Assembly (NCBI GenBank): GCA_963555815.3
Contig: CAUVWX020000001.1
Span: 1,355,665 to 1,419,664 of the forward strand
DNA length: 64,000 nucleotides
DNA from: a bacterium
GTDB lineage: Bacteria; UBA8248; JACPRG01; G963555815
Direction: 5' to 3'
The position numbers and the translations under genes are program-made. The notes below the pieces were generated by a model, which was given only the letters and a program-made list of their open reading frames with translations, searched no databases and was not told the DNA's origin. Shown here piece by piece: positions 21,283 through 30,811 of the stretch. Within the stretch, counting starts at the first letter, position 1. Every line of letters starts with the position of its first letter.

Positions 21283-22416
21283 ATGGCCCAAGGAAAGATC
21301 GTGACAGCAAAGGAGGCTGTCCAAAAATTCATCAAGCCCGGGACTTGTCTTTGCGTCGGCGGCTTCAGCTATACGCGAAGGCCGATGACGCTCGTTCGGG
21401 AGGTCGTCCGCCAGGGGATTGGGGACCTCTTTGTGACGATGAACGGCGGGACCGCGGCTGAGGAGATTTTGGCGGCCAACGACCTTATCCGGTGGCTGGA
21501 GACGACCTATGTAGGCCTGGAGGGGATCCAACCGGTCGCCCACAGCATCCGCCGCCGGATCGAGGACGGCTCCATTGAGCTCATCGAAGACTACAGCAAC
21601 TTCGGTTTTGCCCAGCGGACCGTCGCGGCGAGGTATGGATGGCCCTTTGCTCCCCTCGTGAGCGAGCTCGGCTCAGACCTCTTGGAGTACGACGTCTTCG
21701 GCAAGGCCGGCCTTCGCGGCAAAAATCCAGACGGGAGCTGGAAGCATCCCTCCATCCCACCCAAGAAGTTCCACGTCATCGATGACCCCTTCGAGGGGTT
21801 TGGCTACCGCCCTCACGCTTTTCGGGGGGGGGATAACGTGGCGAATCAGACGGCAAACCTGAAGGAGTCCCTTGGCTCGACGAAGTACACAGGGAAAAAG
21901 GGCATCAAGGTGGTCCTCGTTCCCCCCATCATGCCCGAGGTGACCATCATTCGGGCCCAGCGGGTGGGGCACGAAGGGACGGTGCGTCTGGAGGGTATCT
22001 GGGGGCCTGACAATGAGCAGGCCATCGCGGCGAAACACCTCATCGTCGAGTGCGAGCGGATCGTCCCCGAGCAAGAACTCCGCATCCGGCCCGACCAGAA
22101 CCACATTGCCGCCCACCTGGTGGACGCCATCGTGGAGCAGCCCTTCGGGGGCTACCCCTCGGCTGTCCCCAACTACTACGATTACGACTGGGATTTCTGG
22201 GTGAACTACGGCCGGATCAACAAGGGGTCGAAGGAGGCCGTCCGGGATTACTGGCGGAAGATGGTGGTCGAGACGGCGGACGACTGGGAATTTTTCTTTG
22301 AGAAGGTGGGGACTGACTATCAGTGCAAGAGCGGGAAGAAAGGGTTCGAGCGCCTCTTTGAGCTTCGTGCCGACGCCAGGTACGGCTATAAGCCGGACCT
22401 GGAGCGGCCAATGTAA
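21283..22416 (+). CDS. CoA-transferase subunit A (glutaconate CoA-transferase-like)
   Basis: GGFSYTRRP, LGSDL, IVECERIV, PFGGYPS..YDYD. Paired with the downstream B subunit. Confidence 0.85.
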   Translation: MAQGKIVTAKEAVQKFIKPGTCLCVGGFSYTRRPMTLVREVVRQGIGDLFVTMNGGTAAEEILAANDLIRWLETTYVGLEGIQPVAHSIRRRIEDGSIELIEDYSNFGFAQRTVAARYGWPFAPLVSELGSDLLEYDVFGKAGLRGKNPDGSWKHPSIPPKKFHVIDDPFEGFGYRPHAFRGGDNVANQTANLKESLGSTKYTGKKGIKVVLVPPIMPEVTIIRAQRVGHEGTVRLEGIWGPDNEQAIAAKHLIVECERIVPEQELRIRPDQNHIAAHLVDAIVEQPFGGYPSAVPNYYDYDWDFWVNYGRINKGSKEAVRDYWRKMVVETADDWEFFFEKVGTDYQCKSGKKGFERLFELRADARYGYKPDLERPM

Positions 22417-22433
22417 GGAAAGGGGGCAGGCTG

Positions 22434-23351
22434 ATGGCGACGCATGTCAGCGACCAGGATTACCAGGCTTACTGCGAGGCGCGGGGCCTTCAGCCCGAGG
22501 CGGACTCCTACACCATGATGGAGCTCCTGGCGGTGGCGGTCGCCCGAGAGATCTCCGACGGGGCCTTTATGTTCGCCGGGACAGGGCTTCCCCTTCTCAG
22601 CTCCATGCTGGCCCTTCACACGGTCGCTCCCCAGGCCACCCTCATCCTGGAGGCCGGGATCGTGGGGCCCACGGTGGAGCACCTGCCTATCTCTGTCTCA
22701 GACCCCCGGGGCTGCCACATGGGCAGCACCGTCACCAACATGGCCGACACCTTCGGGACAACGGCTCTTCGTGGCTTTTGTTCGGTTGGGATCCTGGGGG
22801 CTGCGGAGTGCGACCGCTATGGAAACCTGAACTCGACCGTCATCGGCCACTATTGGCCCGGCGGGGTTTCTGAGGACGGAAAGGGTCCAAAGGTCCGCTT
22901 CGCCGGAAGCGGCGGGGCCAACAACATCGCCACCCTCGCCGACCAGACCATCGTCATGATGGTCATGGAGAAGCGGCGTTTTCCGGAAAAGGTCCAATAC
23001 ATGACCAGCCTTGCCGGAAACCGGGGGCCAGAGGGTGAGACCAAGGCCGATTACGGCATCGCCCGGGGGGGGAGTTGCGTCATGATCAGCGACCTCTGTA
23101 TCATGCGAAACTACCCACCGGAAGACAACGAGCTCAAGCTTGAGCGCATCTACCCGGGAGTGGCCCTTAAGGATGTTCTCGAGAACGTTGGGTGGGAGCT
23201 CCACGCTGTCGAGGGCAAGAGGGTGACGGAGAAATCCCGCATCCCGGTCATGGACCCCCCGACGCATGAAGAGCTTAAGATCCTTCGCTTCGTTGTGGAT
23301 CCTGAGCGAATCTATCTCGGCAGGAAGGGCAAGCGGGAGCTCGCGAAATAG
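22434..23351 (+). CDS. CoA-transferase subunit B
   Basis: FAGTGLP, LEAG, GAAECDRYGNLNST, GSGGANNIA. Confidence 0.85.
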   Translation: MATHVSDQDYQAYCEARGLQPEADSYTMMELLAVAVAREISDGAFMFAGTGLPLLSSMLALHTVAPQATLILEAGIVGPTVEHLPISVSDPRGCHMGSTVTNMADTFGTTALRGFCSVGILGAAECDRYGNLNSTVIGHYWPGGVSEDGKGPKVRFAGSGGANNIATLADQTIVMMVMEKRRFPEKVQYMTSLAGNRGPEGETKADYGIARGGSCVMISDLCIMRNYPPEDNELKLERIYPGVALKDVLENVGWELHAVEGKRVTEKSRIPVMDPPTHEELKILRFVVDPERIYLGRKGKRELAK

Positions 23352-23429
23352 GCCAAATAGCCGTTCTTCCCATTATGGCTGAAGAGCGACTTTGGGAGGG
23401 GCGTCTCAACCGACGAGGACTGACTCAAC

Positions 23430-23720
23430 ATGGTGACGAAAATCTGTCAAATTGTGACGAGGGATTGGCTGGAGGATCTCCTCTCTGGGCCTCTGGATGA
23501 ACCCCTCAAGGAAAGGTATGAATCGCTCCAAAAACATCTTGTCGAGGGGATAGACGGTCTCCCCGTTGTCCGCTCGAACCTCCTCGACGCTTATCGGGCC
23601 AGGCTTTTTATCCAGCTGAACCTCCAGGGAGAAAAGATTGAGATGGATATTCCCATGGAGCACTACAGCGCCCTCAAGATGGGAAGGGTGAATCTGGAGA
23701 CAATGAACTTCCAGAAATAG
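23430..23720 (+). CDS. hypothetical protein
   Basis: 96-aa ORF with a GAGG RBS. Confidence 0.55.
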   Translation: MVTKICQIVTRDWLEDLLSGPLDEPLKERYESLQKHLVEGIDGLPVVRSNLLDAYRARLFIQLNLQGEKIEMDIPMEHYSALKMGRVNLETMNFQK

Positions 23721-23739
23721 CGCTTCCCCTTCAAACGGA

Positions 23740-24282
23740 ATGCCTCTCGTTTTCTCCCCTCAGACGCCGAACCTCCTCCTGACCGGGACCTCAGGTGTGG
23801 GGAAGAGCACGGTGATCCAGAGAACGCTCTCCCTCCTCTCCTCTCCGGCGGAGGGTTTTTTTTCGACCGAGATCCTGGAGGGAAAAAGACGTCTTGGTTT
23901 TAGGATCATCACGCCATCGGGTGAGGAGGCCATTCTTGCCCACCGCGAGTTTCAGGGAGGGCCGAGGCTTGGACCCTATGGGGTGGACCTGGAGGCCCTG
24001 GAGAGGGTCGGCATCGCGGTCCTCAGGCGCGCCCTTTCGGACAAAAATTCGCTTATCGTCCTTGATGAGATCGGAAAGATGGAGATGAAATCGGAGATTT
24101 TTGGGGAAGTTGTCTTTGAGTGTCTTGAGGACCCAAGGCGGCTTCTGGGGGTGATGGGGAAAGGGATCGCTGAAGAGGAGAAGATCCGGCGGAGGTCCGA
24201 TGTCCTCTGTCTTGAGGTCACCGTCCAGAACCGAGATGAACTCCCAAAGATGCTTTCCGCTTGGGCGAACTTAAAATTGTAA
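23740..24282 (+). CDS. nucleoside triphosphatase (THEP1/NTPase_1 family)
   Basis: LTGTSGVGKST Walker A, VLDEIGKME, VTxxNRD. Confidence 0.9.
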   Translation: MPLVFSPQTPNLLLTGTSGVGKSTVIQRTLSLLSSPAEGFFSTEILEGKRRLGFRIITPSGEEAILAHREFQGGPRLGPYGVDLEALERVGIAVLRRALSDKNSLIVLDEIGKMEMKSEIFGEVVFECLEDPRRLLGVMGKGIAEEEKIRRRSDVLCLEVTVQNRDELPKMLSAWANLKL

Positions 24283-24398
24283 CTGGGTTCGCAGCATGGG
24301 AAATAAAAAGGCCATGAAAAGGTGGGATGACGGAAGGGTGGCCCCGCTCGAGGCGGGCTAAAAGCTTCCACTCTGTTAGGGTGATCCCCTCGTGTCGG

Positions 24399-24791
24399 TT
24401 ACTCCGCCTTCGTCACGGTGATCCTTGTTCCCTGTGGAACCCGGGACCATATCCGGGGGTCCCCCTCTAGACGGCCCAAGGGGTTGACGGGGCTGGCCGC
24501 TTTGGGCTTCTCGTCCGTGCTGGCGGGGGTTGGACCGAAAAAGAGGCAAAGGGCACGGCCCGAGGGCCAGTAGGCGAGTTCTCCCACCTCGACCCCGTCT
24601 CGGGCATCAGGGGAGATCTGGGCTTCGACCGGGGTTTCAAAATAGACCTCCTCGCCCCACCTTTGGACGGAACCGGTGATGGGAAGGGCCTCCCATAGGA
24701 GATGGGCAGTCGGGCTCGTATTGAGCTCGGTGAAGGATTTGACCTCTCCAGCTTGTATGAGGACCCGTAGGGTCTTCTTGTGATCTTTCAT
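24399..24791 (-). CDS. cyclophilin-like fold protein (DUF369-like)
   Basis: LPI...WGEEVYF, GELAYWP.G.ALCLFFGPTP, ASPVN. Confidence 0.85.
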   Translation of the reverse strand: MKDHKKTLRVLIQAGEVKSFTELNTSPTAHLLWEALPITGSVQRWGEEVYFETPVEAQISPDARDGVEVGELAYWPSGRALCLFFGPTPASTDEKPKAASPVNPLGRLEGDPRIWSRVPQGTRITVTKAE

Positions 24792-24931
24792 GTTTTTCTC
24801 CCCCGCTTACGGTGAAAAGAGTTGACAAAAAGAGGGGGGCAAAGGCTAAATGGGGGTGTATCGTTCAGCCTGCCGAGGACCCTCATTTGAGCCAGATTTT
24901 ACAGCGGCGGGGAGCACCTTTCCAGCGGCCG

Positions 24932-25909
24932 ATGCGCTTTGAAGATGTCGTGGAGGGCGTTCGCTCCGAGCTCGACGAAGTAGATAATGCCCTCCTGACC
25001 CATCTGGAGTCGGACGTTCCCCTCATTCCCGAGATCGGGAACTATCTGGCCCGGGGCGGTGGGAAGCGGGTTCGGCCGATGCTCGTCCTGCTCACCTCTC
25101 GGCTTTGCGGCTATGAGGGGACCCGCTATATCACCCATGCCTGCGTTGTAGAGTTCATCCACACGGCAACCCTGTTGCACGACGATGTGGTGGACAGCTC
25201 TCAGTTTCGCCGCGGGGGATCCTCGGCCAACGCCCGATGGGGGAACGAGGCGAGCGTCCTGGTGGGGGACTACCTCTTCGCCAAGTCCCTGTGGCTTTTG
25301 GCCTCCGACCGCGACCCCAGAATCACCCAGGCCGTCTCCGACGCCACGGTCTACCTCTCTGAGGGTGAGGTCCTTCAGCTCATCAACGAGTTCAACCTAG
25401 CTGCCAGCGAGAAGAGCTATCTGGATGTCATCTATCGAAAGACGGCTGCCCTCATCGCTTCTTGCTGCCAGATTGGGGCTATCCTTGGCAATGCGTCGCC
25501 GGAGCGTGAGCAGGCCCTGACGGAGTTTGGGCGAAATGTGGGTTACGCCTTCCAGCTGGTGGACGATGTCCTGGACTATACGGCAAAGAGCGAGAAGCTC
25601 GGCAAGCCCGTAGGGAAAGACCTCACGGAGGGCAATGTGACCCTCCCTCTCATCCACCTCTATCGTCTCGCAGACGAGGGGGAAAAGCAGATCATCCGGG
25701 AGCTCTTCCTTGAGCCCAACGGGAACCCCGACGGCCGCCTCCAGATCATCCTGGAGCTGATGAAGAAACACGGGGCCATTGAGTACACCATGAAACAGGC
25801 CCGGGACTATGCGGAGCGGGCTAAGGCCATCCTGAGGAAATTCGAGACCTCCCACCATCAGCAGGCCCTCCTCTCCCTGGCCGATTACGTCGTGGAGCGA
25901 GAGCAGTAG
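24932..25909 (+). CDS. polyprenyl (octaprenyl-type) diphosphate synthase
   Basis: GGKRVRP, TLLHDDVVD..RRG, FQLVDDVLD, GKPVGKDL.EG. The start is uncertain. Confidence 0.95.
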   Translation: MRFEDVVEGVRSELDEVDNALLTHLESDVPLIPEIGNYLARGGGKRVRPMLVLLTSRLCGYEGTRYITHACVVEFIHTATLLHDDVVDSSQFRRGGSSANARWGNEASVLVGDYLFAKSLWLLASDRDPRITQAVSDATVYLSEGEVLQLINEFNLAASEKSYLDVIYRKTAALIASCCQIGAILGNASPEREQALTEFGRNVGYAFQLVDDVLDYTAKSEKLGKPVGKDLTEGNVTLPLIHLYRLADEGEKQIIRELFLEPNGNPDGRLQIILELMKKHGAIEYTMKQARDYAERAKAILRKFETSHHQQALLSLADYVVEREQ

Positions 25910-25920
25910 CACCTCATCCC

Positions 25921-26435
25921 TTGGTCGAATTAGCCCGGCAAGCCATCCACCACTACCTGGAGGTGGGGAAGATCTTTGAGATCCCAGACCCCCTCCCTCC
26001 GGGGTTCGACCGGCAGGCGGGCGTCTTTGTATGCCTCCACCGCGAGAAGAAGCTCCGGGGTTGTGTAGGGACGCCGGTACCCCGATCTCCTTCGGTGGCC
26101 AAGGAGACGATTCAAAACAGCATCGGCTCGGCCACCAAGGACCCGCGCTTCCCCCCACTCAGCCTGGAGGAGTTGGAAGGGCTTTCCATCTCGGTGGATG
26201 TCCTCTCGCCCCTGGAGCCCACCCCTTCCGAGACCCATTGGGACGTGAGGCGCTACGGCGTGCTGGTGGACCAGATGGGTCACGCCGAGGGATTCTCCTG
26301 CCGGGCGTAGAAGGGGTGGCGACGGCCCAGGAGCAGATCGAGATAGCCTGCCGCAAGGCGGGGATAGATCCCAAGTCGTCGTTCCGTGCCCAGCTTTTTC
26401 AGGTGGAGCGTTTTGGGGAGGAAGAGGGGAGCTAG
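25921..26435 (+). pseudogene. AMMECR1 / AmmeMemoRadiSam protein A domain, frameshifted near 26280
   Basis: GVFVCL..LRGCVGT..DPRFPP..VDVLS in one frame, then RRGILLPGVEG..QIEIACRKAGI in another frame. Confidence 0.8.
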
Positions 26436-26699
26436 ATGGGCGCCAGGGCCATCGGGTCTCTTGTTCTCTTTATGGTGGGCTGGGGCCTGGTGGGGGCGAT
26501 CCTCGGCAAGGTTTTGGGGGCTCTATTTGGGGAAACGGTGTTGGAGCCGTTAATCACCTAGGGGATCACGATAGAGGTCGACCCCCCGATTTACCTTTTG
26601 GTCGTGACCCTTCCCTATGGCTTTAGCTTCAGGCTGACGCTCCTCGCCATGTTGGGGATCCTCACTGGGGTTGCGATGTTTGCGACGCGAAGGCTATGA
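26436..26699 (+). pseudogene. tandem paralogue of the downstream small membrane protein, with an in-frame TAG at 26559
   Basis: Translates as MGARAIGSLVLFMVGWGLVGAILGKVLG...LIT*GITIEV...GFSFRLTLLAMLGIL, collinear with 26748-27011. Confidence 0.8.
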
Positions 26700-26747
26700 G
26701 TCCAACTCTTTCATGTGGGACGTCGTGGAGAACTGGAGGGAGGCTAG

Positions 26748-27011
26748 ATGGCCGGAAAGGGAGTAGGGGCTCTTCTTCTCTTTATGGTAGTTGGCGGTCT
26801 GGTGGGGACGATCCTCGGTGAGATCCTGGGGAGCATCATAGGCGGTTCGGGTATCGGACTCCTCTTCAGCCGGGGGGTCGAATTCGGCCTCAATGAGCCG
26901 ATGAAGGTTGACCTTCGAATCCTGACCTTCACCTTCGGCTTAAGCTTCAAGCTGACGCTCCTCAGCGTGCTGGGGGTCCTCTTCGGGGTCTATCTCTCGC
27001 GAAAGTTCTGA
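26748..27011 (+). CDS. small membrane protein (DUF4321-like)
   Basis: G.ILGE.LG...DL.ILTFTFGLSFKLTLLSVLG pattern, located upstream of maf. Confidence 0.75.
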   Translation: MAGKGVGALLLFMVVGGLVGTILGEILGSIIGGSGIGLLFSRGVEFGLNEPMKVDLRILTFTFGLSFKLTLLSVLGVLFGVYLSRKF

Positions 27012-27015
27012 TGGG

Positions 27016-27651
27016 ATGACTCCCGCGAGGCGGCATCAGACAACCGGGTCTCCAACAGGGCGCAGCTCCCGCAAACGCTCAGGGCTCCCACCCATCATCC
27101 TTGCATCCGCTTCGGCGAGGCGCCGGGCCCTGCTCCGGCAGATCGGGCTCCCCTTCAAGGCCGTCCCGGCTCGGGTCGAGGAGGTCTATCGGGGTGAGCC
27201 CCCTGAAACCTTCGCCCGAAGGATGTCAGCTCTAAAGGCGGCGGAGGTCTCCTCGAGACACAAGGGGTCCATCGTCATCGGGGCTGACACCATCGTGGTC
27301 CTCGGACGACAGGTCCTGGGAAAACCCAAGGACCCCGCCTCGGCCCTGGCCATGGCGAAGGCGCTGAGCGGGCGGGTCCACCGGGTCGTCACCGGAGTGA
27401 CGGTACGCAAGGATGCAAAGAAGTTCACGGGAGCCGAGACGACCCGGGTGAAGTTTCACCCCCTTCGGCCTGAGGCGATCTCCCGTTATGTCGAGAGTGG
27501 AGAACCCATGGACAAGGCGGGGGCCTACGGGATCCAGGGGAGAGGAATTCTCCTCGTTGAGCGGATTGAAGGGTGCTACACCAACGTGGTTGGCCTTCCC
27601 CTTGGGCTCCTTTCGGAGCTCCTTGAGCGCCTGGGTGTCCGCCTCCTATGA
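27016..27651 (+). CDS. maf: Maf family nucleotide pyrophosphatase
   Basis: ILASASARR, GADTIV, GKP, DKAGAYGIQG, NVVGLP. Confidence 0.95.
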   Translation: MTPARRHQTTGSPTGRSSRKRSGLPPIILASASARRRALLRQIGLPFKAVPARVEEVYRGEPPETFARRMSALKAAEVSSRHKGSIVIGADTIVVLGRQVLGKPKDPASALAMAKALSGRVHRVVTGVTVRKDAKKFTGAETTRVKFHPLRPEAISRYVESGEPMDKAGAYGIQGRGILLVERIEGCYTNVVGLPLGLLSELLERLGVRLL

Positions 27652-28823
27652 GGTCTCAGACCGCCCTTCTCATTGTCGATATGCAACGGGACCTGGCAGC
27701 CCCCGGCGGGGTCCGCTATCACCCGAGGGCCGCGGCGGTCATTCCGGCCGTCGTCCGCCTTCGAATGGGGGCCCGCCGCCGCCGTTGGCCCGTCGTCTAT
27801 ACACGGCTGGTCCATGAGCGGACGTTTTTTCCTCCCAAAAGCAGAAAACCCTGGTGCCTGCGAGGGAAGCCCGGAGTTGAGATTGTCCCGGAGCTCAAAC
27901 CCGCCCGCTCTGAGCTGGTGGTGCGAAAGAGGACGTATAACGCCTTTTTCGGCACCGAGCTGGATCAACTCCTGAGAGGGCTCGGGGCCAGGCGTCTTGT
28001 CCTGGCTGGCCTCCATTCGCACACCTCGGTCGTCATGACGGCCGGTGAGGGGGCGCTCCTTGGCCACGAGATCGTGCTCCCGGTCGACGCCATCGCTGCC
28101 CCCACTGAGTTCGACCATCAGGCCGCCCTCCGAGAGATTTCCTTCCTCTACCGGGGAACCCTGACCACGACCAGGGATCTTTTGTCGTCGGCAATGGGGA
28201 AACCCATTGCGTCGGTCTCTCCCAATCTGGACGTGAGATTGCCCCGTCCCGCCGTCCGACGCCGGGTCCGCCTCCCAGCGGCCAAAACAGCGCTCATCGT
28301 GGTGGACATGCAGAACGATTTTATCCGGAGGGGAGGGGCTCTGTTTGTGCCCGGCACGCGTCAGACCCTTTTGCCCATCCAGCGCCTCCTCAAGAAGGCG
28401 CGGAAGAAGGGGGTGATGACCGTCTTCACCCAGTGCTGGCATCAGGCTGACGACCCGGAGTTTCAGATCCGGGGCGCCCACGCCCGTGCAGGGACCCCCG
28501 GGGCCGAGATTTTCCGCACCCTTTCCCCCCGGCCCCAAGATATTTTCATCAAAAAGCTCACCTATGACGCCTTTCACGGCACGAGCCTGGACCTCCTTCT
28601 CCGCCGTCAGGGGATCCGAAACGTCCTCATTGTGGGGACGGTCTCCAACATCTGCGTCCTCCACACGGCGGGCAAGGCGAGCCTCTATGGCTACCGGGTC
28701 GTGGTGGCCGAGGACGGAGTTTCCTCCCTGATCCCCTTCGACCAAGCCTTCGCCCTTCGCCAGGTGACCGAGGTCTACAGGGGGACCGTGACCCGGGCGG
28801 CCCAGGTGTCCTTTGAGGGGTGA
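27648..28823 (+). CDS. tandem two-domain isochorismatase/cysteine hydrolase family protein
   Basis: Two TALxxVDMQ.D domains. The second has SNICV (Cys nucleophile), while the first has HTSV at that position. Confidence 0.85.
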   Translation: MRSQTALLIVDMQRDLAAPGGVRYHPRAAAVIPAVVRLRMGARRRRWPVVYTRLVHERTFFPPKSRKPWCLRGKPGVEIVPELKPARSELVVRKRTYNAFFGTELDQLLRGLGARRLVLAGLHSHTSVVMTAGEGALLGHEIVLPVDAIAAPTEFDHQAALREISFLYRGTLTTTRDLLSSAMGKPIASVSPNLDVRLPRPAVRRRVRLPAAKTALIVVDMQNDFIRRGGALFVPGTRQTLLPIQRLLKKARKKGVMTVFTQCWHQADDPEFQIRGAHARAGTPGAEIFRTLSPRPQDIFIKKLTYDAFHGTSLDLLLRRQGIRNVLIVGTVSNICVLHTAGKASLYGYRVVVAEDGVSSLIPFDQAFALRQVTEVYRGTVTRAAQVSFEG

Positions 28824-28850
28824 GGGGGCGGAGCGACTGAATCCCTTTGA

Positions 28851-29573
28851 TCAGGGCTGTTGGCCGGTGGGCGCCAGGAGAATCTCACGGACGCAGACGT
28901 TCTGCGGCTGATTGTAGGCGTAGAGAATCGCGCCGGCGATGTCCTCGGCCGACAACACGCCGCCGATGCCCTTTTTCCAATCTTCATAGCCTTGCTTGAT
29001 CTCGTCCGAGGTGGTGTGGCTCAGAAGCTCGGTTTCCACTGCGCCAGGGGCAATGACCACGAACCGGACGTTATGCTGGGCGACCTCTTCGCGGATGTTC
29101 TCTGTGATGGCGTGCACCGCGAATTTGGTGCCGCAATAGGCCGCATGGTTCGCTAAAGTCTTTCTGCCGGCGACCGAGCTGATGTTAATGATCGTCCCGT
29201 CCCTCCGCTCGATCATCCCTTTTAAGACGACGTGAATGCCATTGAGGATCCCTTGAACGTTGACGTCCAGCATTTTTTTCCATTCAGCTGGATTCTGCGT
29301 ACTGACCTGGCCCAGCAGCATGACACCCGCGTTGTTCACGAGGCAGCCGACGGGCCCGTGGGTCTCCTCGGTTTTCTTGACAGCCTCTTTGAGGCCCTCA
29401 AGATCGGTCACGTCAACCTTCGCACAAATCGCCTTCGGCAGATTCAGCGCTTCGAGACGTTTAGCACGACGCGCTAACAGCAGAAGGGGATGACCCTGTT
29501 CAGAGAATTTCTGAGCGGCCGCAGCCCCAATGCCGGAGCTCGCGCCTGTGATGGCGACTAGCGGTTTCGCCAT
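28851..29573 (-). CDS. short-chain dehydrogenase/reductase
   Basis: TGASSGIG, NNAG, YCGTK. Confidence 0.93.
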   Translation of the reverse strand: MAKPLVAITGASSGIGAAAAQKFSEQGHPLLLLARRAKRLEALNLPKAICAKVDVTDLEGLKEAVKKTEETHGPVGCLVNNAGVMLLGQVSTQNPAEWKKMLDVNVQGILNGIHVVLKGMIERRDGTIINISSVAGRKTLANHAAYCGTKFAVHAITENIREEVAQHNVRFVVIAPGAVETELLSHTTSDEIKQGYEDWKKGIGGVLSAEDIAGAILYAYNQPQNVCVREILLAPTGQQP

Positions 29574-29703
29574 TTTTGTCTCCCCTTTTCAGGCTGATGT
29601 GAGAATCTTCGGCCCGACAGATCTGCCCCGGAATGGCGATAGCCCTAGACGTGCTCGTCATGCGTGGGCCCTCTGCCCGAAACGGAGGAAATCACGGACG
29701 TCT

Positions 29704-30012
<309 letters not shown>

Positions 30013-30152
30013 CTATCTTATCTTCCAGATAGAAGAGAAAGAGGGGCCACCCTTCAGCAGGGGCTGGCGCCTTGACAAAGCCCCTGGGGGGAGGATAAAA
30101 AAAGGTCATCTCAACCATCCTACTGCAATTTCTGGATAAGTCTCTACGCGTT

Positions 30153-30230
30153 GCGCCCTTAGCTCAGCATGGATAGAGCGACGGACTACGGATCCGTAGG
30201 TCAGAGGTTCGAATCCTCTAGGGCGCGCCA
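30153..30230 (+). tRNA. tRNA-Arg(ACG)
   Basis: GCGCCCT/AGGGCGC acceptor stem, ACGGA-CTACGGA-TCCGT anticodon arm, GGTTCGAATCC T arm, encoded CCA. Confidence 0.97.
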
Positions 30231-30754
30231 TGAAATTCGGGGGTTCGTCGGTGGCCCTTTGTAGCGAGCTGAAGAAGGCTGTTTCTTCTTGGACCTCGGA
30301 CGACAAGCGCTGGATGGTTTGGGCCCTTGTCTTGGCAGAGGAGGCCTTTCGTGCGGAGGAGGTCCCGGTGGGCGCTGTGGTCGTCATGGGGGGGCGTGTC
30401 GTCGGCGAGGCCCGAAACGAGGTGGAGGGCCTGAAAGACCCAACGGCCCACGCGGAGATTCTGGCCCTTCGCCGGGCGTCAAAGGCCGTCGGCCAAGAAC
30501 GGCTGACAGGGGCTTCTCTTTACGTGACACTGGAACCCTGCGCTATGTGCGCCGGTGCCCTCATCTGGGCGCGGGCGGAGCGCCTCATCTTCGGTGCCCG
30601 AGACGAGAAGGCCGGCTGTGCAGGGAGTCTCTATAACCTCCCCCGGGACTCTCGTTTCAATCACCGGCTGGAGGTCCAGGGGGGGCTGATGGCGGAGAAG
30701 GGAATAAAACTCCTTCAGACTTTCTTCCAAGAGCGCCGCAGCGTGTCGCGTTGA
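30230..30754 (+). CDS. tadA: tRNA adenosine(34) deaminase
   Basis: EVPVGAV, DPTAHAEI, LYVTLEPCAMCAGA, FNH, FF..RR. The true start may lie downstream of 30230. Confidence 0.93.
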   Translation: MKFGGSSVALCSELKKAVSSWTSDDKRWMVWALVLAEEAFRAEEVPVGAVVVMGGRVVGEARNEVEGLKDPTAHAEILALRRASKAVGQERLTGASLYVTLEPCAMCAGALIWARAERLIFGARDEKAGCAGSLYNLPRDSRFNHRLEVQGGLMAEKGIKLLQTFFQERRSVSR

Positions 30755-30811
30755 GTGTTCTTATCCTCTTTCTTTTCGTCAAAAAGCGGTGTCAGCCTTA
30801 CGGCGAGTGTC

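Noticed and set aside
12501..26699. In-frame TAG codons at 13375 and 26559 suggesting amber recoding or pyrrolysine
   Set aside because: Many clear genes here end in TAG (rpiB, tal-pgi, gnd, zwf), no pyl genes are seen, and the 12.5-kb gene also has a TAA and a frameshift. Ordinary decay or error is simpler.
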